A stretch of DNA of 64,000 bases from Lachnospiraceae bacterium. Its GTDB lineage: Bacteria; Bacillota; Clostridia; Lachnospirales; Lachnospiraceae. The notes beneath the pieces are model-generated. The model saw only the letters and a list, made by a program, of their open reading frames with translations, searched no databases and was not told the origin of the DNA. The DNA lies in the NCBI GenBank assembly GCA_017627275.1, contig JAGAHC010000008.1:77-64076 (forward strand), written 5' to 3'. Below, piece by piece: positions 1 through 8,599 of this stretch; positions within the stretch are counted from its first letter, which is position 1, and the number at the start of each line of letters is the position of its first letter. The position numbers were made by a program, and so were the translations under genes.

Positions 1-2
1 CT

Positions 3-1034
3 ACAACTGAACACAGGAAGGGTAAACATCTTTCATTTGAAGAGCGTGTCATTATTCAAACGCGTCTTAAGGACGGATGGACACCCAACAGGATCGCCGG
101 TGAGATTGGCTGCGCACCGAACACCGTCCGAAACGAGATCAAACGAGGAACCATCGCTCTTTACCGTGGAAATGTTTTCCGGTACAAAGCTAAGGCCGGG
201 CAGGCTGCTTACGAGAAGAATCGCGAAGCTTGCTGCCGCCACTATGATCTCCTTAAAAAGAGTGCCTTCATCTCATATGTGGAAGAACACTTTTTTGATG
301 ACGAGTGGTCGCTGGATGTATGTGCTCACCGTGCTCTGAAGGATGGATCATTTACCCGGAAGCAAATTGTCTGTACTAAAACGCTTTATGGCTACGCAGA
401 TCTCGGCCTTCTGAGCATAAAGAACATTCATCTCCCGGAAAAGCTGCGGCGCTCTCCCAAGAAGTCGCGAATTCATGAGAACAAGCGGATTCTTGGAAGA
501 AGTATCGAGGAGCGCCCTGCCAGTGTCGATGACCGTACAGAGTTCGGACATTGGGAAGCGGACCTGGTCATCGGCTCAAAGAGCGGTAACGACGACGCCT
601 TGCTTACGATGATCGAGCGCAAGACCCGGGAATACTGGATGATCCGTGTGCCTGGACGGGATCCAAACGGTGTCATGGAAGCGCTCCGGGAAGTCAGAAA
701 CCAATACGTTGAGCATTGGGATGACGTCTTCAAAACGATTACAACAGACAACGGCTCAGAATTCTCACTCCTGTCAGGGCTGGAGGAGCTCAGCAAAACG
801 CTGGTCTACTTCGCTCATCCCTATACTTCATGTGAAAAGGGATCAGTGGAGCGGCATAACGGCTTGATCCGCAGGTTCATCCCCAAGGGACGCAGGATCG
901 ACAGCTTCTCGGATGAACAGATCTGTCGGATCGAAGTCTGGTGCAACAGTCTTCCAAGGAAGATTCTGAATTACAACACCCCAGACGAACTCTTTGAGGA
1001 TGAACTGGACAGGATCTACGCCGTCGCAGCATGA
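3..1034 (+). CDS. IS30-family DDE transposase (5' partial)
   Basis: Frame of ORF 279..1034 stays open back to nt 3 (TTEHRKGKHLSFEERVIIQ...GCAPNTVRNEIKRG, HTH); DDE motifs WEADLV, TTDNGSEF, KGSVERHNG. Confidence 0.95.
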   Translation, partial: TTEHRKGKHLSFEERVIIQTRLKDGWTPNRIAGEIGCAPNTVRNEIKRGTIALYRGNVFRYKAKAGQAAYEKNREACCRHYDLLKKSAFISYVEEHFFDDEWSLDVCAHRALKDGSFTRKQIVCTKTLYGYADLGLLSIKNIHLPEKLRRSPKKSRIHENKRILGRSIEERPASVDDRTEFGHWEADLVIGSKSGNDDALLTMIERKTREYWMIRVPGRDPNGVMEALREVRNQYVEHWDDVFKTITTDNGSEFSLLSGLEELSKTLVYFAHPYTSCEKGSVERHNGLIRRFIPKGRRIDSFSDEQICRIEVWCNSLPRKILNYNTPDELFEDELDRIYAVAA

Positions 1035-1197
1035 TAATTCGGGTAGCACAGGCTCCCAGCCAGTCAAGGCAACCTCATAGAGGCGCCTTCGGCGGCCTTG
1101 ACAGCCTGATCACCCTGTGCCTACGGGTATCTAAGAGGAATGTAACCATTCCTCCAGGATGACTGTCCTGTGCGCTTAGGACTATTCAACTGTCAAT

Positions 1198-1221
1198 GTT
1201 CAACTTGTTATTGCAATTTAC
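1198..1221. repeat. Probable right terminal inverted repeat of the IS30 element
   Basis: GTTCAACTTGTTATTGCAATTTAC (reverse complement GTAAATTGCAATAACAAGTTGAAC) resembles Firmicutes IS30 ends; partner IR not in window. Confidence 0.6.
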
Positions 1222-1233
1222 GAAAAACAGATG

Positions 1234-1263
1234 TTGTCATCCTCATCTGAATTGTTGTATGAT
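1234..1263 (+). promoter_or_regulatory. Putative sigma-A promoter of yajC
   Basis: TTGTCA-18 bp-TATGAT; RBS AAGGAG before ATG 1299. Confidence 0.5.
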
Positions 1264-1298
1264 ACCAAAGAACCTATTTTATAAAGGAGTAAACGATT

Positions 1299-1628
1299 AT
1301 GTATAACATGTTACTGGCCAGTCAGAATGGCGGAATGATCCTCACGGTTGCCTATCTTGTTGTCATCATGGCATTTTTCTATTTCTTCATGATCCGTCCG
1401 CAGAGAAAGGAACAGCAGAAGAAGCAGGCGCTCCTGGAGTCTTTGGAGATCGGGGACAACGTTCTTACGACGGCCGGTTTCTACGGCATGATTATTGATA
1501 TCGTCGATGATACTGTTATCGTCGAATTCGGCGGCAATAAGAACTGCCGAATTCCGATGCAGAAAAGCGCCATTATTCAGGTGGAAAAACCGCAGGATGC
1601 CCTGGCAGATTCGACAGATACCCAGTAA
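1299..1628 (+). CDS. yajC: Preprotein translocase subunit YajC
   Basis: N-terminal TM helix then FFMIRPQRK...LEIGDNVLTTAGFYG signature. Confidence 0.95.
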   Translation: MYNMLLASQNGGMILTVAYLVVIMAFFYFFMIRPQRKEQQKKQALLESLEIGDNVLTTAGFYGMIIDIVDDTVIVEFGGNKNCRIPMQKSAIIQVEKPQDALADSTDTQ

Positions 1629-1653
1629 AGAAACAACCATTTCTGATGGATTC

Positions 1654-1695
1654 ATCGAGTAGGAGCTGCAAAGGCAATTCCTACTCGATTTTTTT
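1654..1695 (+). terminator. Intrinsic terminator after yajC
   Basis: 11-bp stem ATCGAGTAGGA/TCCTACTCGAT followed by T7. Confidence 0.8.
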
Positions 1696-1721
1696 AAAGC
1701 ACGTAAGAGAGGAGAAAACCC

Positions 1722-3395
1722 ATGAACAGTGATCGCGTGATGGAAGGATCGGCGCAGGCGCCGCACAGAAGTCTGTTTAATGCACTCGGTGTCACGAGCG
1801 AGGAACGAAAGAAACCGATGATCGGTATCGTCAGCTCTTATAATGAGATCGTTCCGGGACATATGAATCTGGATAAGATCACCGAAGCCGTCAGACTCGG
1901 CGTTGCGGAAGCCGGCGGATTCCCGGTCGTTTTCCCGGCCATTGCCGTCTGTGACGGTATCGCCATGGGCCACATCGGCATGAAGTATTCGCTGGTAACG
2001 AGAGACCTGATCGCGGATTCCACAGAGTGCATGGTGAAGGCGCATGCCTTTGATGCGCTCGTCATGATCCCCAACTGCGACAAGAATGTTCCTGGGCTTT
2101 TGATGGCGGCGGCCAGAGTCAATATCCCGACCATTTTTGTTTCCGGCGGCGCCATGCTTGCCGGCAATGTCGGCGGCAAAAAGCGTTCCTTATCCTCGAT
2201 CTTTGAGGCGGTCGGCGCGTATGAAGCCGGAAAGATCAATGCGGACGAACTGCTGGAATTTGAAGAAAACGTCTGCCCGACCTGCGGTTCCTGCTCCGGC
2301 ATGTACACCGCCAATTCCATGAACTGCCTGACCGAGGCCATCGGCATGGGACTCAAAGGAAACGGCACCATTCCCGCCGTCTATTCCGCAAGGATCCGTC
2401 TTGCCAAACAGGCCGGCTATAAGATCATGGAGCTTCTGGAGAAGAACATCCGCCCGCGCGACATCCTGACAAAGGAAGCCTTTGAAAACGCGCTTTCCGT
2501 GGATATGGCGCTTGGCTGTTCCACGAACACCATGCTGCACCTGCCTGCCATTGCACATGAAGCAGGCGTGGAACTCGATATGGAATACTGTAATGCGATC
2601 TCTGACCGGACGCCGAATCTCTGTCATCTGGCACCGGCGGGCGGCGATCATATTGAAGACCTGAATGCGGCCGGCGGAATCTATGCCGTCATGAAAGAGC
2701 TTTCCAAAAAAGACCTTCTGCATCTGGATCTGATCACCGCGACCGGAAAGACGGTGAGAGAGAACATCGAATCCGCTATGAATCTGAATCCGGAAGTGAT
2801 CCGCCCGATCGACAATCCGTTTATGGCATCCGGCGGCATTGCCGTTCTGAAAGGAAACCTTGCTCCGGATACGGCCGTCGTGAAGCGTTCGGCCGTGCTC
2901 CCGGAAATGATGAAGCACGAAGGGCCGGCACGCGTCTTTGACTGTGAAGAAGATGCCATTGCCGCCATCAAAGGCGGAAAGATCAATCCCGGCGACGTCG
3001 TCATCATCCGCTATGAAGGACCTAAAGGCGGCCCCGGCATGCGCGAGATGCTGAATCCGACCTCCGCCATCGTCGGTATGGGACTCGATAAGACCGTGGC
3101 CCTTATAACAGACGGCCGGTTTTCCGGCGCATCCCGCGGCGCGGCCATCGGCCACGTCTCGCCCGAGGCAGCGCTCGGCGGTCCGATCGCGTTTATTAAG
3201 GAAGGCGATATTATCGAGATCGATATTCCCGCCAATACCCTGAATATCCGGATCAGTGACGAAGAACTCGAAGCCAGAAGGAAGGAATGGAAACCGCAGC
3301 CGCCGAAGGTGCAGGACGGATATCTTTTACGGTATGCTTCCATGGTGCAGAGCGCCAATAAGGGAGCGATCCTTGTGGCAAAGAATACAGACTAA
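1722..3395 (+). CDS. ilvD: Dihydroxy-acid dehydratase
   Basis: [47 protein letters not shown]. Confidence 0.97.
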   Translation: MNSDRVMEGSAQAPHRSLFNALGVTSEERKKPMIGIVSSYNEIVPGHMNLDKITEAVRLGVAEAGGFPVVFPAIAVCDGIAMGHIGMKYSLVTRDLIADSTECMVKAHAFDALVMIPNCDKNVPGLLMAAARVNIPTIFVSGGAMLAGNVGGKKRSLSSIFEAVGAYEAGKINADELLEFEENVCPTCGSCSGMYTANSMNCLTEAIGMGLKGNGTIPAVYSARIRLAKQAGYKIMELLEKNIRPRDILTKEAFENALSVDMALGCSTNTMLHLPAIAHEAGVELDMEYCNAISDRTPNLCHLAPAGGDHIEDLNAAGGIYAVMKELSKKDLLHLDLITATGKTVRENIESAMNLNPEVIRPIDNPFMASGGIAVLKGNLAPDTAVVKRSAVLPEMMKHEGPARVFDCEEDAIAAIKGGKINPGDVVIIRYEGPKGGPGMREMLNPTSAIVGMGLDKTVALITDGRFSGASRGAAIGHVSPEAALGGPIAFIKEGDIIEIDIPANTLNIRISDEELEARRKEWKPQPPKVQDGYLLRYASMVQSANKGAILVAKNTD

Positions 3396-3412
3396 AGACA
3401 GCAGGAGATACT

Positions 3413-5104
3413 ATGAAACTTTCCGGAGCAGAGATTATCATTGCATGTTTGAAGGAGCAGGGCGTCGACACGGTATTCGGCTATCCCGGCGGCTCCATTC
3501 TGGACGTCTATGATGCACTGTATAAAAACAGAAAAGAGATCACGCACATTCTGACAAGTCATGAACAGGGCGCGGCACACGCGGCAGACGGCTATGCCAG
3601 AGCCAGCGGCAAGGTAGGCGTCTGCTTTGCGACAAGCGGCCCCGGAGCCACCAATCTGGTAACGGGAATAGCCACCGCCTATATGGATTCCATCCCGTTG
3701 GTCGCCATCACCTGCAACGTATCTCTGCCCCTTCTCGGAAAAGACAGTTTTCAGGAAGTCGATATCGCCGGCATCACCATGCCGGTCACCAAACACGGCA
3801 CCATCGTGAAGGATATCAAAGACCTGGCACCCGCGATCCGCAGAGCCTTTGCCATTGCCAGAAGCGGAAGACCGGGACCGGTACTCGTTGACGTCACCAA
3901 AAACGTGACGCAGACGAAATACGAATACGAACCGGAGACGCCTGCGATGTACCTCCGGAAGATCAAACGTTACACGAAAGACGATATTCAGAAAGCCGTA
4001 TCGATGATCAAACGGGCGGAAAGACCCTTTGTCTTTGTCGGCGGCGGTGCAGTATCCTCCGGGGCCGACAGGGAAGTCCGGAAGTTTGTTTCCCTCCTGC
4101 ATGCACCGGTCTGCGATTCCCTGATGGGGAAGGGCGTGTATGACGGAAAGGATCCTCTTTACACCGGCATGATCGGCATGCACGGCACCAAGGCATCCAA
4201 TTTCGGGGTCATGGAGTCCGACCTTCTGATCGCCCTCGGCGCCCGCTTTGATGACCGCGTCATCGGGGATGCGTCCCGGTTTGCGCCGGACGCGAAGGTC
4301 CTGCATATCGATATTGACCCGGCGGAGATCAACAAAAACATTCTTTCGCACCATTCGCTGGTCGGAGATCTGAAGGAGATCCTGCTGCTTCTGAATAAAG
4401 AACTGACGCCGCAGAAACATACGGCCTGGGTGAAAAAAGTGCAGGATCTGAAGAAAGCCTATCCTCTGTTTGATCCTGATTCTACCGCGTCCCTGACGGC
4501 GCCTTTTGTGATCCGCGAGATCCAGAGACTCACGGAAGGAAAGAAGATCATCCTGACGACGGATGTCGGACAGCATCAGATGTGGACGGCACAGTACTAT
4601 ACGTTCGATAAACCGCGGACCCTGATCACATCAGGGGGCCTTGGGACCATGGGATACGGACTCGGTGCGGCGATCGGCGCAAAGACCGCAAAAGAAGACT
4701 ATATCGTCATCAATATTACCGGAGACGGCTGTTTTCGCATGAATATGAATGAACTTGCCACGGCTTCCCGGTACGGGATCAAGGTGATCGATGTCCTGAT
4801 CGACAACCATGCGCTCGGCATGGTCAGACAGTGGCAGACTCTCTTTTACCACAAGCATTATTCGGCCACCGTTTTAGAGGATCAGGTCGATTACTGCATG
4901 GTGGCACAGGGTCTCGGGTGCGGCGCCGCGAAGGTGTCGGGCAAGGAAGCGTTTCGGAAGAGCTTTCTTGCGGCGCTGGAAGCGGATCGTCCCTTCCTTC
5001 TTCACTGCGTCGTCGACCATGACGACAGCGTCTACCCGATGGTCGCTCCCGGCATGTCACTGGCGGACACCTTTGACAAAAGTGCAGAAGAGGCAGACGC
5101 CTAA
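3413..5104 (+). CDS. ilvB: Acetolactate synthase large subunit
   Basis: FGYPGG, HEQGAAHAADGYAR, TSGPGATN, TPP motif GDG...N, LGMVRQWQ. Confidence 0.96.
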   Translation: MKLSGAEIIIACLKEQGVDTVFGYPGGSILDVYDALYKNRKEITHILTSHEQGAAHAADGYARASGKVGVCFATSGPGATNLVTGIATAYMDSIPLVAITCNVSLPLLGKDSFQEVDIAGITMPVTKHGTIVKDIKDLAPAIRRAFAIARSGRPGPVLVDVTKNVTQTKYEYEPETPAMYLRKIKRYTKDDIQKAVSMIKRAERPFVFVGGGAVSSGADREVRKFVSLLHAPVCDSLMGKGVYDGKDPLYTGMIGMHGTKASNFGVMESDLLIALGARFDDRVIGDASRFAPDAKVLHIDIDPAEINKNILSHHSLVGDLKEILLLLNKELTPQKHTAWVKKVQDLKKAYPLFDPDSTASLTAPFVIREIQRLTEGKKIILTTDVGQHQMWTAQYYTFDKPRTLITSGGLGTMGYGLGAAIGAKTAKEDYIVINITGDGCFRMNMNELATASRYGIKVIDVLIDNHALGMVRQWQTLFYHKHYSATVLEDQVDYCMVAQGLGCGAAKVSGKEAFRKSFLAALEADRPFLLHCVVDHDDSVYPMVAPGMSLADTFDKSAEEADA

Positions 5105-5194
5105 AAATAAGTAGCGCACAATTTATTAATATGCTATATTTAGAAAGATTCTTTACTCATTTACTAAATCTGTACAGGCGAGAGGAAAAAAACC

Positions 5195-6028
5195 ATGTCT
5201 TTTAAGACGAAACATTGCTCAGCATTTGTTTTCATGCTTCTGACGATCCTTGTGACGACCGTGCTGTGGAAGCCCGTTGAAGCAAAGGCCTATTTTGACG
5301 GCAAGGCGCCGGATTGCTCCATTACTTATGATTTCGGTAACGGCCAGACCTATACCGTCGGCAATGAAATGGCAAAGACCATGTGTGTCACGAATCCGGA
5401 CGGCAGTTTTTACGTCAATCCCGAGACCGGAAAGTATGTCGTCGATCCCTGGAAGGTCCTTTCGTTCCTGAATTCCTTAAAGACACTGTATTCCGCAAAC
5501 GGACAGACCATGAACTTTCTTGCGACGCGCGGAGAGATCGTGCAGGTGCACGGCGGCACGCAGTTTGCCATGGACGTCGCTTCCGAACTGCAGTACCTGT
5601 ATTCCGCGATCGTAGAGGAGAGGACGGAGACCCGTGTCGTCAATTACGGCATCGGGAGCACCTATGTGGAAGTCGACATGGGGATGCAGATGCTTTACTA
5701 CTACCAGAACGGTGTCAAGATCCTCGAGACGCCCATCGTCACCGGGAACACGTCCGCCGGCATGGGGACGCCCAGCGGCATCTATTATGTCAACAATAAG
5801 CAGACCAACACCTATCTGGTCGGACGCAATTACCGCTCCTTCGTGGCCTACTGGATGCCCATCATCGGCAACAGCATCGGGATCCACGATGCCAACTGGA
5901 GAGGGAGCTTCGGCGGAACCATTTATCAGACGAACGGATCCCACGGCTGCATCAATGTGCCGCCTGCCGTGATGCCCAGTGTCTATGAAGCGATCTCCGT
6001 CGGAACCCCTGCCGTTTTGTTTTATTGA
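5195..6028 (+). CDS. L,D-transpeptidase (YkuD family) with signal peptide
   Basis: Hydrophobic N-terminus ending AEA; C-terminal IGIHDA...SHGCIN catalytic motif. Confidence 0.9.
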   Translation: MSFKTKHCSAFVFMLLTILVTTVLWKPVEAKAYFDGKAPDCSITYDFGNGQTYTVGNEMAKTMCVTNPDGSFYVNPETGKYVVDPWKVLSFLNSLKTLYSANGQTMNFLATRGEIVQVHGGTQFAMDVASELQYLYSAIVEERTETRVVNYGIGSTYVEVDMGMQMLYYYQNGVKILETPIVTGNTSAGMGTPSGIYYVNNKQTNTYLVGRNYRSFVAYWMPIIGNSIGIHDANWRGSFGGTIYQTNGSHGCINVPPAVMPSVYEAISVGTPAVLFY

Positions 6029-6041
6029 TCAGGCCTAAAAA

Positions 6042-6087
6042 AACACAGGCCCTTTTACTTGAAAAGAAGAGGGGCCTGTGTTATTTT
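6042..6087 (+). terminator. Intrinsic terminator after the L,D-transpeptidase gene
   Basis: Stem AACACAGGCCC/GGGCCTGTGTT flanked by A- and T-rich tracts. Confidence 0.7.
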
Positions 6088-6111
6088 ATGTAGGTGCGAC
6101 AACTCGCATGT

Positions 6112-6184
6112 GCTGGAATAGCTCAGTCGGTAGAGCAGCTGATTCGTAATCAGCAGGTCGTCAGTTCAAGTCTGATTTCCAGCT
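6112..6184 (+). tRNA. tRNA-Thr (anticodon CGT), CCA not encoded
   Basis: Full cloverleaf: acceptor GCTGGAA/TTCCAGC, D-arm GCTC/GAGC, anticodon arm GCTGA-TTCGTAA-TCAGC, T-loop TTCAAGT; 73 nt. Confidence 0.97.
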
Positions 6185-6190
6185 CGAAAA

Positions 6191-6227
6191 AAAAGGAACC
6201 ACTTTCCCTGAGAAAGTGGTTCCTTTT
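6191..6227. terminator. Bidirectional terminator / short palindromic repeat copy 1
   Basis: AAAAGGAACCACTTTC-CCTGA-GAAAGTGGTTCCTTTT between convergent tRNA and CDS; similar to 55493..55527. Confidence 0.8.
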
Positions 6228-6235
6228 CTTTACCA

Positions 6236-7222
6236 TTATTTTGAAGCCTGATACTGTCTGAGGAGGAGGATCACCTTCTCAACGTCGGCGGCGCTGACGC
6301 TCTTAGGTTCCCCGGTTTCCTCCGTCTCTGCAGGTTCTTCGGTTTCAGCTGCCGGTTCCTCGGCTTCCTCTTCGGCGGCTGCGTCTTTCTCTGTATCCTT
6401 CTTGATTTTGATCACTTCTTTTTCTTCTTCGGATGCTTCTGCCGGTTCTTCTTCAGAAGCTTCCGCGGCTTCTTCCTTTGCGGGTTCTGCCGCTTCTTCT
6501 GTCGTTTCTTCTACAGCTTCTTCTTCAGTTCCCGCAAATTCCTCAAAGCCCTTTAAGAGGGTGGCGAATTTCTCTTTGGAAGCGTTGGCTTCTTCCGCCT
6601 TGGCATTCCAGAAATCCTTGTTGGCGATGTCGCCGGAAGCGACCGCGTTTTCGGACTGTTCTTTGATCTTTGCCTTGACGGCGTCTATCGTAGCCTGCAG
6701 TTCTTCGGCCTTTTCGTTGATCTCGTCGACCGTGCTCTGCAGCGTTTCGTTGGTTTCAAAAGCCTGTGCGAGAGACTCCTCGGTCACGGCCAGCTGATCC
6801 TTTGTGGCTGTCAGGTCTTCATTTGCCGCGCTTAAGGATTCGTCCTTCACAGACAGTTCATCCTTTAAAGAACGGATCTCACCTTCCATGGAAGATACCG
6901 TATTCTGATAGTCTGTCACCTTCTGTTCCAATGACTTGATGTTTTTATTCAAGTTGAAGCAGACGATCATGGAGATGGCGACAAACAGGATAGTCAGATA
7001 GGGCAGAAGAGTTTCCAGGATGTTGCCTTCCTTCTGCTTCGCAGCGTGGGACGGTGTGGTCTTTAATTCCACATAATTGGTGCCGTTTGCTTCCTGTTCC
7101 TGGGATTCGTCGAGCGCTTCGGCAACGTCGTCCCGCAGTTCCTGCGCGGTGTTCTGCACCTCTTCGGCTGCCATCTGTTCCTGCTCATTGATTTCCAAAT
7201 TGTGATCCATTCCTTCGTTCAT
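6236..7222 (-). CDS. Hypothetical membrane-anchored coiled-coil protein with acidic low-complexity tail
   Basis: 328 aa; one TM (LLPYLTILFVAISMIVCF), heptad-rich region, E/A/P-rich repeats; RBS GGGGG upstream. Confidence 0.8.
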   Translation of the reverse strand: MNEGMDHNLEINEQEQMAAEEVQNTAQELRDDVAEALDESQEQEANGTNYVELKTTPSHAAKQKEGNILETLLPYLTILFVAISMIVCFNLNKNIKSLEQKVTDYQNTVSSMEGEIRSLKDELSVKDESLSAANEDLTATKDQLAVTEESLAQAFETNETLQSTVDEINEKAEELQATIDAVKAKIKEQSENAVASGDIANKDFWNAKAEEANASKEKFATLLKGFEEFAGTEEEAVEETTEEAAEPAKEEAAEASEEEPAEASEEEKEVIKIKKDTEKDAAAEEEAEEPAAETEEPAETEETGEPKSVSAADVEKVILLLRQYQASK

Positions 7223-7388
7223 GTTTTTTACCCCCTGAACCCGTTACGATTTATGTGAGTCTATGATGAAAAATGCAGACACAAACAGCGAGGAGCACTG
7301 CGAATATGCTCTCCGTGGCAGGATCTGCGTTTGAATGATTTTATGATAAAGAATGCAGGCCAAAAAGTCGATATGCACCATATAAAAA

Positions 7389-7417
7389 TTTACTAATTCA
7401 CCGGTTTTGAGTATAAT
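7389..7417 (+). promoter_or_regulatory. Putative sigma-A promoter of the asd operon
   Basis: TTTACT-17 bp-TATAAT. Confidence 0.55.
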
Positions 7418-7516
7418 GGATACCATATATTGTGGAGGTTCCTGTGGGATTCCACTTTGTTTAAAAATGAGTACAATTCCTCATAAATGAGTTTTCGGAT
7501 CGGAAAGGAGACCGTT

Positions 7517-8599
7517 ATGGAAAAATTGAAGGTAGCCGTTTTGGGCGGAACAGGAATGGTCGGTCAGCGTTTTGTGACGCTGCTTGCGGATCATCCGTGG
7601 TATGAGATCAAAATCATTGCAGCCAGCCCCCGTTCCAAGGGAAAGACCTATGAAGAAGCGGTAAGCGGACGCTGGGCCATGGAAAAACCGATCCCGGAAA
7701 ACGTGAAGAATATCGTGTTAAAAGATGTTTCGGAAGTAAAAGAAATCGCTTCGGAAGTGGATTTCTGTTTTTCCGCCGTCGACATGACAAAGGAAGAGAT
7801 CCGCGCCATTGAAGAAGAATACGCGCTGGCGGAAACGCCCGTAGTTTCCAACAACAGCGCGCACCGCTGGACTCCTGACGTTCCGATGATCATTCCGGAG
7901 ATCAATGCCGATCACGCGGACATCATCCCGCTGCAGAAAAAACGCCTGGGGACGACCCGCGGCTTCATTGCCGTCAAGCCAAACTGCTCGATCCAGAGCT
8001 ATGTGCCCGTCTTAAAGGCCTGGGAGGAATTCGGCCCCCACAACCTGACGGTCACGACGTACCAGGCGATCTCCGGCGCCGGCAAGACCTTTGAAAGCTG
8101 GCCCGAGATGGTCGGCAACATCATTCCCTACATCGGCGGCGAAGAGGAAAAGAGTGAAAAAGAGCCGCTGAAGATCTTCGGCCAGATCGTCGGAAATGAG
8201 ATCGTAGCAAGCGACGCCTATCACATCACCTGCCAGTGCGTCCGCGTACCGGTGCTTTACGGACATACGGCGGCCGTCTTTGTCAATCTCGACAAAAAGG
8301 TCGAGAAGGAAGTCCTGATTGAAAAAATCCGTTCCTACAGCGGCAAGGCGCAGGAACTGGATCTGCCGCATGCGCCGAAGCACTTCATCCAATATCTGGA
8401 GGAAGACAACCGTCCGCAGGTTTCGGAAGATGTCTGGTTTGAATACGGCATGGGCGTCTCGATCGGAAGACTGCGCGAAGACCATATCTTTGACTACAAG
8501 TTCATCGGTCTTTCCCACAACACGATGCGCGGCGCGGCCGGCGGTGCCGTCGAGTGCGCGGAACTTCTGACGAAGTTGGGATACATCAGCGCCAAATAA
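7517..8599 (+). CDS. asd: Aspartate-semialdehyde dehydrogenase
   Basis: GGTGMVG, KPNCS, YQAISGAG, HNTMRGAAGG; start at MEKLK after RBS AAAGGAG. Confidence 0.96.
   Translation: MEKLKVAVLGGTGMVGQRFVTLLADHPWYEIKIIAASPRSKGKTYEEAVSGRWAMEKPIPENVKNIVLKDVSEVKEIASEVDFCFSAVDMTKEEIRAIEEEYALAETPVVSNNSAHRWTPDVPMIIPEINADHADIIPLQKKRLGTTRGFIAVKPNCSIQSYVPVLKAWEEFGPHNLTVTTYQAISGAGKTFESWPEMVGNIIPYIGGEEEKSEKEPLKIFGQIVGNEIVASDAYHITCQCVRVPVLYGHTAAVFVNLDKKVEKEVLIEKIRSYSGKAQELDLPHAPKHFIQYLEEDNRPQVSEDVWFEYGMGVSIGRLREDHIFDYKFIGLSHNTMRGAAGGAVECAELLTKLGYISAK

Larger units (their letters stand above)
1..1221 (+). mobile_element. IS30-family insertion sequence, left end outside window
   Basis: IS30-type transposase followed by ~160 nt non-coding tail and an IS30-like terminal repeat; codon style differs from neighbouring host genes. 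Confidence 0.9.

Noticed and set aside
5105-5194. No ilvN small subunit after ilvB
   Set aside because: ilvD-ilvB with ilvN encoded elsewhere is common in Clostridia.
6330-6530. Repeats in this region as a CRISPR or tandem array
   Set aside because: They are in-frame low-complexity coding repeats; no constant repeat-spacer periodicity anywhere in the window.
6112-7300. tRNA-Thr as an island integration site
   Set aside because: No integrase nearby, no duplicated tRNA 3' end in the window, no evident composition shift.
7223-7516. Lysine riboswitch or T-box upstream of asd; hairpin cluster at 7275..7328
   Set aside because: No L-box or T-box conserved sequences; the promoter leaves only a ~90-nt leader; stems are short (about 5 bp).
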